Shown here piece by piece: positions 44,777 to 53,877 of a stretch of DNA of 64,000 nucleotides. Source of the DNA: Bacteroidales bacterium (lineage in GTDB: Bacteria > Bacteroidota > Bacteroidia > Bacteroidales > ML635J-15); the NCBI GenBank assembly GCA_017651185.1, contig JAGCDJ010000006.1, forward strand, positions 137,766 through 201,765. Reading direction: 5' to 3'. The position numbers and the translations under genes were made by a program. Position 1 is the stretch's first letter, and each line of letters opens with the position of its first letter. The notes under the pieces were generated by a model. The model made no database searches. It was not told the DNA's origin and worked only from the letters and a program-made list of their open reading frames with translations.

Positions 44777-45865
44777 ATGAAAATAGTAAACATTGACGCA
44801 AAAGAAGAAGATTTAAGGGAAATTAACCTTAAAAATGTCGAAAGTATTATATGCGCTGCAGTTAGTCCGTTCGAACAAGAATTAGGAGGTTTAAAAGGTA
44901 TAAATGACTTGAATTTACTCCAAACTATCCCAATTAAATTAAGGGATAATGGTGATGACGAAAATGAAGAAGGCGTAATAGACCTGTTAGGGGCTTACTA
45001 CCCACGAACAACAAAAAGAGACCCGCGTATTGAATTATTTGTAAGTTCAATAAAAGATTCAGTTAACGGTAATGTCCAACAATTCAAATGGTTATTTACT
45101 AAAGTGTTAATACACGAATTCTCCCACGCCCTATTTGATATTAACAATTATAGAAAGACTGATTTTATATATGCTAGGATAAACTATTGTTCTGAATATG
45201 GCAGATGGAGAGAAGAATCAATGGCGAATGCACTTGCACTTCGAGTTATAAAGGAATATGGCGATACAGATTTTTATGAATATGCCAAATCTTTTATGTT
45301 GTCACAACCACCAGAATATGCATTAGGCGTATTGATGGAAGATTTTAGTTCTCTGGATTATAAACGTTATATTGACAGTAAAGAACGTGGCGTTAATAAT
45401 GACCTTAAACAAATATGGCTAAAGTATGTTAAAAATGGCAATCCAACACCTAATTTGCTAAAAAAGTGGAATGTAGTCTTCTGGGGTGAATATGCATATT
45501 ATTTTAAAGAGAACTATTATTCTAGCGTAAGAAATTTGGTTCCTAGTACGGGGAAATTGGTTGTTGACATTGTAATGGACAAACTTAATAAATTTGAGAA
45601 TGAGCATGGTCGGAAAATGACAGAGGCTGAATTTACAGATGCTTTTCCCAATAATATTGAAATTGAAACTGTTACCAAATGGGTAAATGTGCCTCATATA
45701 CAATGCGCATACGAATTTGATTCGAGACCAATATATGAATATAAGATTGAATTAAAAGACGGTATATGTTATTTAGCTAGTTTAAAATGGAACAACGATA
45801 ACCTTCATAAATTTTTAGGTAAAAATAGATATGCTTATGGTTTCACGGAGTATCAAAATTACTAA
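44777..45865 (+). CDS. HExxH zinc-metallopeptidase-like protein (ImmA/IrrE-like signature) with an extra C-terminal domain
   Basis: 'VLIHEFSHALFD' is followed about 30 residues later by 'WREESMANALALRV', the HExxH...ExxAN pattern of ImmA/IrrE-type proteases. It starts 30 nt after the upstream gene. Confidence 0.55.
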   Translation: MKIVNIDAKEEDLREINLKNVESIICAAVSPFEQELGGLKGINDLNLLQTIPIKLRDNGDDENEEGVIDLLGAYYPRTTKRDPRIELFVSSIKDSVNGNVQQFKWLFTKVLIHEFSHALFDINNYRKTDFIYARINYCSEYGRWREESMANALALRVIKEYGDTDFYEYAKSFMLSQPPEYALGVLMEDFSSLDYKRYIDSKERGVNNDLKQIWLKYVKNGNPTPNLLKKWNVVFWGEYAYYFKENYYSSVRNLVPSTGKLVVDIVMDKLNKFENEHGRKMTEAEFTDAFPNNIEIETVTKWVNVPHIQCAYEFDSRPIYEYKIELKDGICYLASLKWNNDNLHKFLGKNRYAYGFTEYQNY

Positions 45866-46100
45866 TTCAAAATAATAATGCGAAAGAGTACGAACATATT
45901 ATTATTTCCATACAATATTGCAAATTGATAGTGACAGTGTTGCTTGGTGGCATTGTAGGGGTTGGTTTTAAATCTGTCCCTACATGCACCCATCTGCATT
46001 CAAATATGGCCTTGCCTAAATGTTCGTGCATTAAAAAAATCAGTGTGAAAATCAAGATTCTTGTTATTTTTGCACACAAGCAACACAATAATGCAGTAAT

Positions 46101-46394
46101 ATGGCAATATTTCTTTGGATATTTCAGTTCATCAGCCCAATAATGGTCATTCTTGGGGCTTTGTACCTTATAGGAGATCCGTCTATATTGTCACTCGTAC
46201 TAGGAGGCGTGGCGGCAGTATTTGGACTTGTTGTCGGTATTGTAGGTTGGGCAGATACGGTGCCGCCCCGCTGGTTTTGGATTAAGAGCCGTATGGATTT
46301 GGCTGGCAGCCGTGTTGTTACAGCCCTTGGCTATGCCGTTCAGTTCTTTTTCATTCCTCCCTGCATAATAGGACTGATTGAATACTTTGGTTGA
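46101..46394 (+). CDS. 97-aa integral membrane protein; paralogue of 4893..5186
   Basis: 78 of 97 residues are identical to ORF 4893..5186. Long identical nucleotide runs include CGCTGGTTTTGGATTAAGAGC and CAGTTCTTTTTCATTCCTCCCTGCATAATAGG. Confidence 0.7.
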   Translation: MAIFLWIFQFISPIMVILGALYLIGDPSILSLVLGGVAAVFGLVVGIVGWADTVPPRWFWIKSRMDLAGSRVVTALGYAVQFFFIPPCIIGLIEYFG

Positions 46395-46598
46395 TATGCG
46401 CTATAAACAATCGAATTTCTGCATTTGTAATCCAGAAAAATCATACCTAAAATAGGTAACCTAAAATAGGTTGGATTTTGAAAAAAATTTATATTTGCAC
46501 ATCTCTAATACTTGATTTTATGATTTGCATAAATTCTGCCTAATTTTTATGTAATTCATAAAATGGCATTTTACGATTTGCATAAATTATACACTATT

Positions 46599-46648
46599 TT
46601 GCACTATGATAGTGCAATATTTCAAAATAATTGCACTGCAATAGTGCA
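46599..46648. repeat. Left inverted-repeat block made of two 18-19-bp palindromes (TTGCACTATGATAGTGCAA, TTGCACTGCAATAGTGCA)
   Basis: Matches the reverse complement of 47890-47940 at 44 of 50 positions. It lies 27 nt beyond the ATPase stop codon. Confidence 0.85.
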
Positions 46649-46674
46649 TTTGCAATTAACTGAGGTTTGGGTTG

Positions 46675-47847
46675 TCAATACATCAATCCGAAAGCCCACA
46701 GGGGAATAATGTTTCCAGAGCCGAACTCAATGTTGTCCTTTACAATGTAACCTTCTTCCGCATCCGAAATCTGCTTTTTGCCTTTCTTTTTTCCGCCGAC
46801 TTCAAATGTTTTTCCATCAATTTCAAAGTCACTTATGCGGGAATTTATAATGTCGGTTGTTACTCGCAACTGGTTGTAGAAGAAAGTTTCGCGGATATTG
46901 CCAATTTCTGTTGCTTCACCGCCAAGCAAATAAGCAAGGTTTGTGTTGTCGAGGTATACTTTTTCTACTTTTCCAACACCTCTGATGCCACCGGTAGTGT
47001 CGCGGAGTTGACCTATCATACCTGCTTGTTCCATATATAAGAAATAGTCTGGCAAAACATTCCTGCTTACACCGATAATGGTAGCAATTGTGTCCATTAC
47101 AGGTTTGAATGGCGCACTTTGTGAGATTACCGCCAGCAGTTTTTTCAGTTTTCTGCCAGTAGAAACATTCATATTGGCAAATATTGGAATGTCAACTTCC
47201 ATCGTTTGATTTATTACTTGCCGTAGTTTCAGGTCAAAGTCTCCTTCAATTGCAAACGGATAATATCCGTGCTTTAAATACTCTTGAAACAAAGGAAGGG
47301 GATGGCTTACATCTGGAATATTTGCTTTGTGTTCAAGAATTTCGTTTAACGAATACACTTGTACTCCAATTTGATGGAACATATTCAGATATTCCCTGAA
47401 TGATAAACCTTGCATCATAAAAATAGGTGCACGGCGGCTTAGGTCAGCGTATCCTTTATAAATGTCAAGTACCGATGACCCTGTAAATCCGACCTTTAAA
47501 TCGGGATAAGAGTCGTAAATCTGTTTCAGTTCGCGCGACCAGTTTTCGTATTTGTGAATCTTATCTATAAATATCTGTTCCCCGCCTTCTTTCGAAAACT
47601 CATCAACTAAGTCAACAAGTGTATGGGACGAAAAATATATGTGGTCGGCGGAAGCATAAAATATGTTTCTGTCGTTTCTGTGTTCCTTAATATATTGCAA
47701 AATCATTGTGGATTTTCCCACACCGCGCGGTCCTACAAGTCCAAACATACGTGATTCCCAATTGATTTTGGTGTACATATAACGATGAAAAGCAGTGTCC
47801 GTCTGTTGCAGTTGCCTTTCCATATAAGTTGTAATCGAAATGTCCAT
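46675..47847 (-). CDS. AAA_14/DUF4143-type ATP-binding protein (COG1373-like), second copy of the architecture
   Basis: Walker A 'LVGPRGVGKSTMI', Walker B-like 'IFIDKIH', and a C-terminal 'RISDFEIDGKTFEVGGKKKG' nuclease-fold-like motif. Confidence 0.85.
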   Translation of the reverse strand: MDISITTYMERQLQQTDTAFHRYMYTKINWESRMFGLVGPRGVGKSTMILQYIKEHRNDRNIFYASADHIYFSSHTLVDLVDEFSKEGGEQIFIDKIHKYENWSRELKQIYDSYPDLKVGFTGSSVLDIYKGYADLSRRAPIFMMQGLSFREYLNMFHQIGVQVYSLNEILEHKANIPDVSHPLPLFQEYLKHGYYPFAIEGDFDLKLRQVINQTMEVDIPIFANMNVSTGRKLKKLLAVISQSAPFKPVMDTIATIIGVSRNVLPDYFLYMEQAGMIGQLRDTTGGIRGVGKVEKVYLDNTNLAYLLGGEATEIGNIRETFFYNQLRVTTDIINSRISDFEIDGKTFEVGGKKKGKKQISDAEEGYIVKDNIEFGSGNIIPLWAFGLMY

Positions 47848-47889
47848 AACCTTGTCATTTATAATTCAGTGCTGCAAATATAATTAAAA

Positions 47890-47940
47890 TTGCACTATTG
47901 TAGTGCAAAAATGTTTAAAAATTGCACTATCATAGTGCAA
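47890..47940. repeat. Right inverted-repeat block made of two 19-bp palindromes (TTGCACTATTGTAGTGCAA, TTGCACTATCATAGTGCAA)
   Basis: Lies 43-93 nt upstream of the ATPase start codon. It is the inverted counterpart of 46599-46648. Confidence 0.85.
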
Positions 47941-47977
47941 TTTTGTTTTATGTTGGGTTATGTTGCTGATATACAAT

Positions 47978-48000
47978 AAAAAAAGCGGAATTGTTTCCGC
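47978..48000 (-). terminator. Rho-independent terminator of htpG
   Basis: On the minus strand, GCGGAA-ACAA-TTCCGC is followed by U7 (plus-strand A-run at 47978-47984). Confidence 0.7.
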
Positions 48001-48027
48001 CTTTTTCGGTATAAAGTATTGTGTAGG

Positions 48028-50088
48028 TTATTTCTTCAGCAAATCGACACTGCGTTCAACGAACTTGCTGAGCGATTCGCCCTTGAGCAGATTGTTTGCA
48101 AGCAAAGCGAGGTCGAACAACTGGCTGACAATCTTCTGGTTTTTGCCGTATTCCTTGTAAAGGTCTCTGCGCTTGTCGTCGTTTTCGTTAATCTGCTTGC
48201 GCAAGTCGTCGAGACGATTCTTGTCCTCAACTGGCTTTTCATCCTCGGTTTTGTACTGCTTCATCTTTTCATCGAGGGCATCTTTTTCTGCTTTCAACTT
48301 GTCGGCTTCGGCGTTAATTTCGTTGCGCTTGTCGGCTGTTGCCTTCTCCAAGTCCTTGCTTATGCCAACGATAAGCGGATGGTTGGTGTTGACGATAACC
48401 TTGTAGTCGTCGGGCATATCGCGATAGAAGTTTGTTCCTCCGCTGAATGCCGACATATCCTTCATACGACGCATAAATTCTTCGCGGACAATCACAACAG
48501 GCATATCTTCGGGTGACATGCTGTCGCTTACTACGTAGAAGCGTTTGTTTTCTGGTGTTACGCCTTGGAATGCCCACTTTATGTCGTCCTGTTCGTTTGC
48601 GCCAAGTACCGATTCAATCTTTTCTTCCTTGCGGATAAGGTTGTCAATAATGTCGGAATCGACACGGACAAAATGGCACTCTCCGAACTTCTGTTCAAGG
48701 AAGTTGATGAAGTGTATGTCAAGTTGGCCGTCCATCAGCAATACATCGTAGCCTTTGCCCTTGGCTGCCTGAATGTACGAATACTGGTCTTCGACATCGG
48801 TTGCATAGAGGTAAACGAGTTGTTTGTCCTTGTCGGTCTGCTCTGGTTCAATGAGTTTCTTGTATTCCTCAAAGGTGAAATATTTGCCCTCGGTGTTCTT
48901 TACAAGTGCGAACTTTTCTGCTTTTTCGTAGAACTTTTCGTCCGACATCATACCGAACTCGATGAACAATTTAATGTCGTCCCATTTCTTTTCAAACTCG
49001 CTGCGGTCGTTCTTGAAAATCTCGGCAAGACGGTCGCCAACCTTTTTGGTTATGTGGCTCGAAATCTTCTTTACGTTTGAATCGCTCTGCAGGTAACTTC
49101 TCGAAACATTCAGAGGAATGTCTGGAGAATCGAGTACGCCGTGCAACAACATAAGGTATTCAGGAACAATGCCTTCAACCGAATCGGTAACGAAAACCTG
49201 ATTGCAATACAGTTGAATCTTGTTCTTGTTGACATCGAGGTTCGACTTCAGTTTCGGGAAGTAGAGGATACCTGTCAGGTTGAAAGGATAATCTACATTC
49301 AGGTGTATGTAGAACAACGGTTCCTCGAAGTTCATCGGGTAAAGTTCGTGGTAGAACTTCATATAGTCCTCGTCCTTGAGGTCGGTCGGTTTCTTCTTCC
49401 AAGCAGGGTTGGTGTCGTTTATGATGTTATCTTCGGCGGTTTCCTGCTCTTTGCCGTCTTTCCATTCCTTTTTCTTTCCAAAAACGATTGGAACTGGCAG
49501 GAATTTGCAGTATTTCTCAAGCATTTCCTTGATTCTGTTTTCTTCGAGGAACTCTGCCGATTCGTCATCGATGTGCAGGATGATGTCTGTACCTATTTCG
49601 GGCTTTTCGGTTTCTTCGAGGGTATATTCCGGATCGCCGTTGCATTCCCATCTAACAGCCTGTGCACCATCGCGGTACGACTTGGTTACGATTTCAACTT
49701 TTTCGGAAACCATAAACGATGAGTAGAAACCAAGTCCGAAATGACCTATAATAGAATTAGCAATGTCCTTGTATTTGTCGAGGAAGTCACCTGCACCCGA
49801 GAATGCAATCTGGTTGATGTATTTGTCAACTTCTTCGGCTGTCATACCTATACCGTTATCACTGATAGTGATGGTCTTGGCATCCTTGTTTACCGATACC
49901 TTTACTTTAATGTCATCCGTATTGCCGCTGTATTCGCCAGACTGCGAAAGAGTTTTCAGTTTCTGACTTGCGTCAACGGCGTTTGATACCAATTCCCTGA
50001 GGAATATTTCATGGTCTGAGTATAAGAACTTCTTTATTACTGGGAAGATGTTTTCGGTGGTAACACCAATATTTCCTTTATTTGCCAT
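48028..50088 (-). CDS. htpG: Molecular chaperone HtpG (Hsp90)
   Basis: 'FLRELVSNAVDASQKL' and 'DNGIGMT', 686 aa. Confidence 0.95.
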   Translation of the reverse strand: MANKGNIGVTTENIFPVIKKFLYSDHEIFLRELVSNAVDASQKLKTLSQSGEYSGNTDDIKVKVSVNKDAKTITISDNGIGMTAEEVDKYINQIAFSGAGDFLDKYKDIANSIIGHFGLGFYSSFMVSEKVEIVTKSYRDGAQAVRWECNGDPEYTLEETEKPEIGTDIILHIDDESAEFLEENRIKEMLEKYCKFLPVPIVFGKKKEWKDGKEQETAEDNIINDTNPAWKKKPTDLKDEDYMKFYHELYPMNFEEPLFYIHLNVDYPFNLTGILYFPKLKSNLDVNKNKIQLYCNQVFVTDSVEGIVPEYLMLLHGVLDSPDIPLNVSRSYLQSDSNVKKISSHITKKVGDRLAEIFKNDRSEFEKKWDDIKLFIEFGMMSDEKFYEKAEKFALVKNTEGKYFTFEEYKKLIEPEQTDKDKQLVYLYATDVEDQYSYIQAAKGKGYDVLLMDGQLDIHFINFLEQKFGECHFVRVDSDIIDNLIRKEEKIESVLGANEQDDIKWAFQGVTPENKRFYVVSDSMSPEDMPVVIVREEFMRRMKDMSAFSGGTNFYRDMPDDYKVIVNTNHPLIVGISKDLEKATADKRNEINAEADKLKAEKDALDEKMKQYKTEDEKPVEDKNRLDDLRKQINENDDKRRDLYKEYGKNQKIVSQLFDLALLANNLLKGESLSKFVERSVDLLKK

Positions 50089-50330
50089 AGTTTGAATATT
50101 TTTAGTTTTGCCGCATTTTTGTCAAATGCCGTGCCAGTGGAAAAATAGTGACATTTTGGCAGATGGGTGCTGACGCCAGTTGTGCCTACGGCGTTTTTGG
50201 GTTTCAATGGCTACGCCGTTTCAAGGTTTCAATGCCTATGGCGTTTCTATGGTTACGCCGTTTCAAGGTTTCAATGCCTGCAGCGTTTCTATGTTTCTGG
50301 TTGTATGGCAAATCTATTAACAAATCCTTC
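50089..50330. repeat. Low-complexity 'stutter' intergenic element, family member 3 of 3
   Basis: Repeated CTACGCCGTTTCAAGGTTTCAATGCC and GGCGTTTCTATGG units. It shares TACGCCGTT(T)CAA with 24788-25022 and GTTTCTATGG with 15262-15509. Confidence 0.65.
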
Positions 50331-50840
50331 CTAGCCAATTATCGATGCTGTAGCGAAATATACGATTGTGATTGCAATTATGGCAATAGCGATGACGATG
50401 ACTATTTGCAGTTTGCGTTTGCTTTTTTTCAGTTCGTAGTTGCAGACTATTTTGTTTATTGTAGGCGGCAACTTGAAATACATTGAGTTGTCTTTTTTTA
50501 TGTATGCGTCTGGGCGCAGGTCGCTCGAAGTCAGTTTTAGTTCGCGGTTGGCGTTGTCGGTGAGTACGATGACGGAAATTTCCTTGTCGATTCCCTTTAT
50601 CATTGGCAGAATTTCAACCACTGATTTTGTATTTAGTCCATGACTTATAATCATGTCGTTGATAACTACCATAATGAAGTTGTTTTCGGTTTTGTCTTGA
50701 AGTTCTGAAAGGAATTCTGTTACCGAAACCTTTGTGTGAAGTCTATATGGCCGTTCGATAGAAAATTTTTCATTTATTTCCCTTAGGAACAGCAAGTCGT
50801 TGTCCACAAAATATACTTCGATTTTTTTTGTGCTTTTCAT
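50331..50840 (-). CDS. Receiver (REC)-like domain protein with a C-terminal transmembrane anchor
   Basis: CheY-like layout 'VYFVDNDLLFL ... MVVINDMII ... VIVLTD ... AYIKK', ending in 'LQIVIVIAIAIIAITIVYFATASIIG'. Confidence 0.5.
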   Translation of the reverse strand: MKSTKKIEVYFVDNDLLFLREINEKFSIERPYRLHTKVSVTEFLSELQDKTENNFIMVVINDMIISHGLNTKSVVEILPMIKGIDKEISVIVLTDNANRELKLTSSDLRPDAYIKKDNSMYFKLPPTINKIVCNYELKKSKRKLQIVIVIAIAIIAITIVYFATASIIG

Positions 50841-50844
50841 CGGT

Positions 50845-51738
50845 TTAGAAGTCGTATGAAATGCCGCGCCTCTTTATCCTGTTGACCAGGGCGTTCTTCT
50901 GGTAGTTGATAGCGATTTCGGGATTTATGTTGCTTTCCAGTTGCCAGCGTCCTCCCTTGAACTCTAGTGCGTCGAACGACATGTCGGGACCGTAGTATTG
51001 GTACATGTCCTTGAACCTGTCCTCGGCTGGCGACAGGTGGTCTATTACTATTATCTTGTGCTTGTCGTTGTAGCGAAGCAGCATTGTGGCACGGTCGGCA
51101 TATTCAAAGATCAGACGGCTTGAGATTACTCTGTCGACCTTGAACATCTTTTTTTCAAACACAGGAATTCCACGGCGAGTGAACGAAAGAACTTCAACTA
51201 TTTTTTTGTTTGTGAGGTTGTCGGCACCGTCCCAGCCAATTAGAGTGTAGTAGGTGCGCGAGTTCCATGTCTTTGTTATGCACTCGTAGTAAATGCATCC
51301 GTACCATTCTGATGTTGTGTAGTATTCAAGGTCTTTATTGGGCGCGTTCGGATTCTTGTTGCGTCGGTCGTAAAGTCCGTATACGTTTATCTTTCCGCCT
51401 GCCTTTTGCTGTACGTATCCGAAGTATTTGAAAGAACCATCGGTGTAACAAAGGTTCCATGTGTAGATTCGAAGAGCATTGTCGCTTGATTTTAGGCATG
51501 AAAGGTATTTAAGCGTGTCGATTGCGTGGTCGAACGAACCTTGCTTGTGAAGGAAATCGTTCATTACTTCCATGATTTCGTCGTTTAACCTTTCCTTGTC
51601 GGCATCGGCACGTGCCTGTACGATTTCGTTGAAAAGACTGTTTATTGTATCAACTACTGGCTTGAATGTCTGGTCGTTCTTCGATTTTACAAGGAACGGT
51701 GTGACTATCAGTAATATGACAAATATAAACCTTTTCAT
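50845..51738 (-). CDS. Secreted hypothetical protein (297 aa)
   Basis: Signal peptide 'MKRFIFVILLIVTPFLVKS'. There are 4 nt between it and the REC-like gene. Confidence 0.55.
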   Translation of the reverse strand: MKRFIFVILLIVTPFLVKSKNDQTFKPVVDTINSLFNEIVQARADADKERLNDEIMEVMNDFLHKQGSFDHAIDTLKYLSCLKSSDNALRIYTWNLCYTDGSFKYFGYVQQKAGGKINVYGLYDRRNKNPNAPNKDLEYYTTSEWYGCIYYECITKTWNSRTYYTLIGWDGADNLTNKKIVEVLSFTRRGIPVFEKKMFKVDRVISSRLIFEYADRATMLLRYNDKHKIIVIDHLSPAEDRFKDMYQYYGPDMSFDALEFKGGRWQLESNINPEIAINYQKNALVNRIKRRGISYDF

Positions 51739-52035
51739 CTCTTAAGTAAAATTAAGCAAAGATAATGTAAAAAACGCAGTTGCAAAAAAAATATTTTGTC
51801 GAGGGAGGAAAAACTGGGAAAAAACTGATGTTGCAGTTCTTCAAAAATTTTGGTTGTGCGTCTATTTTTTCCTCTTTATTCTCGGTAATTTCTAAAAACG
51901 GCGAATAATTTTATTAACAATGAAAAATATGGTTTTGATATTCAAAATGATATGTCTGCAAAAAAAAGTGATTAATGTTATTGTTATGAAATGTAAAAGA
52001 GGTAACTTGCAAAGTTAAAATTAGTGTAAAGAGGT

Positions 52036-53058
52036 ATGGCATTTTTTTCATTTTTACAGCAGGAGATCGCAATGGATCTCGGTACTGCAAATACCATCAT
52101 AATTCACAACGACAAGATAGTCGTTGATGAACCATCAATAGTGGCGATTGAGGAGAAAACAGGCAAACTTGTAGCGGTAGGCGACAAGGCGCGGCAGATG
52201 CATGGCAAGACTCACGAAGGGTTGAAAACCATACGTCCGCTTCGCGATGGCGTGATCGCAGACTTCAATGCTGCCGAACTGATGATTCGTGGAATGATTA
52301 AGATGGTGAACAAGAACAGAAATTGGATAAACCCTTCGTTGAAGATGGTCATTGGCGTTCCATCGGGTAGCACCGAAGTTGAACTCCGTGCCGTTCGTGA
52401 CTCGTCGGAACATGCTGGCGGACGCGAGGTTTATATGATATATGAGCCGATGGCGGCTGCAATAGGTATCGGCATGGATGTCGAAGCACCGCAGGGAAAT
52501 ATGGTCGTTGATATAGGCGGTGGAACTACCGAAATCGCTGTTATTTCACTTGGTGGAACAGTGGAGAAGGAGTCGGTGCGTACAGCAGGCGATGACTTTA
52601 CAAACGATATTATGGAATATATGCGCCGCCAGCATAACATAAGGGTTGGTGAGCGTACCGCAGAGTCGATAAAGATTAACGTTGGTGCAGCAATTCCCGA
52701 CCTTGATAATCCTCCGGCAGAGTTTATCGTTAGAGGTCCTCACCAGATGACGGCATTGCCATTGGAAATTCCAGTTTCGCATCAGGAAATTGCGCATTGC
52801 ATCGACCGTTCCATCTCGAAGATTGAGCAGGCGCTCATGTCGGTGCTGGAAAAGACTCCGCCTGAACTTTATGCCGACATTTATACCAAGGGTATTTACC
52901 TGACAGGTGGCGGTGCTTTGCTTAGGGGACTCGACAAGCGTTTGTCCGACAAGACCAATATTCCTGTGCATGTTTCCGAGGATCCGCTGCATGCTGTTGC
53001 TCGCGGCACAGGCATAGCCCTGAAGAATGTGGACAAGTTCCAGTTCCTGCTGAGATAG
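52036..53058 (+). CDS. mreB: Rod shape-determining protein MreB
   Basis: 'EIAMDLGTANTIII', 'VDIGGGTTEIAVISLGG' and 'GIYLTGGGALLRGLD'. Confidence 0.95.
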   Translation: MAFFSFLQQEIAMDLGTANTIIIHNDKIVVDEPSIVAIEEKTGKLVAVGDKARQMHGKTHEGLKTIRPLRDGVIADFNAAELMIRGMIKMVNKNRNWINPSLKMVIGVPSGSTEVELRAVRDSSEHAGGREVYMIYEPMAAAIGIGMDVEAPQGNMVVDIGGGTTEIAVISLGGTVEKESVRTAGDDFTNDIMEYMRRQHNIRVGERTAESIKINVGAAIPDLDNPPAEFIVRGPHQMTALPLEIPVSHQEIAHCIDRSISKIEQALMSVLEKTPPELYADIYTKGIYLTGGGALLRGLDKRLSDKTNIPVHVSEDPLHAVARGTGIALKNVDKFQFLLR

Positions 53059-53067
53059 TTTCTGGCG

Positions 53068-53877
53068 ATGAGGAATCTGCTCGACTTTGTCGTTAAATAT
53101 GCTTATTTCATTCTGTTTATAGTGCTCGAGGTCTTGTGCCTCGTGCTGCTATTTTCAGCCAATCCGTATCAAAGGTATGGTTTCGCGACATCTGCCAATG
53201 CCGTTACCGGAACTATTGCCGAAAAGTGGGCTGGTGTAGTTCAATATGTAAGTTTGTCGGAGGAAAATGAGGCATTAAAGAAGGAAAATGCCGATTTGCG
53301 CAACCGTCTCGAAGCGTATAGGCGTAGCAGTATTCCTGTGCTAGGTAAAAAAGGTTTCGAATATGTTGCGGCATCGGTAATTTCGGCAACAACTAACAGG
53401 GAGAAAAATGCAATAACTGTAAATGCAGGAAAAAAACTGGGCGTTGAAAACGAAATGGGTGTCATTGGTCGCGATGGCGTTGTCGGTATCGTAAGTTCGG
53501 TGTCCGACAAATATTCGGTAATTATGCCAATAATACATCCTGATGCTAGAATAAGCGTTAAACTTGCCGAAAATGGATATTTTGGTTCGCTTTCATGGGA
53601 TGGACGCGATGTGAGGGTGGCAACATTCTCCGAGGTGCCCGGATATGTGGATGTGCGTATTGGTGATGAAATCGTAACCAGCGGATTTTCTGCAATATTC
53701 CCCGAAGGTGTTCCTGTCGGTTATGTAAAGAGTTTCGAGAAAGACCTTTCTACCGACTTTTATACCATTGATGTTGAATTATATACCGATTTCCATAACA
53801 TAAAGTATGTATATATCGTCAGAAACAACAACCGAGAGGAGTTGAAGGCATCTGACAAAGAGCAGAAAAAGAAATGA
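53068..53877 (+). CDS. mreC: Rod shape-determining protein MreC
   Basis: N-terminal TM segment, coiled-coil 'ENEALKKENADLRNRLEAY', and position after mreB. Confidence 0.85.
   Translation: MRNLLDFVVKYAYFILFIVLEVLCLVLLFSANPYQRYGFATSANAVTGTIAEKWAGVVQYVSLSEENEALKKENADLRNRLEAYRRSSIPVLGKKGFEYVAASVISATTNREKNAITVNAGKKLGVENEMGVIGRDGVVGIVSSVSDKYSVIMPIIHPDARISVKLAENGYFGSLSWDGRDVRVATFSEVPGYVDVRIGDEIVTSGFSAIFPEGVPVGYVKSFEKDLSTDFYTIDVELYTDFHNIKYVYIVRNNNREELKASDKEQKKK

Noticed and set aside
45867-46143. ORFs 45867..46088 (minus) and 45925..46143 (plus) between the HExxH gene and the membrane paralogue
   Set aside because: They are mutually overlapping on opposite strands with no motifs. The region contains a TGTAGGGG...CCCTACA hairpin and is more simply intergenic.
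4893-46394. The two 97-aa paralogues as boundaries of a 41-kb integrated element (prophage or ICE)
   Set aside because: The interval is mostly housekeeping (pcp, queA, iorAB, sufE, trxA, transporters). It has no integrase, conjugation or phage genes, and the paralogues are coding genes in direct orientation, not att-like ends.
48019-49986. Multiple 60-190-aa plus-strand ORFs opposite htpG
   Set aside because: They are antisense shadows of a highly expressed, codon-biased gene. The HtpG frame is unambiguous.
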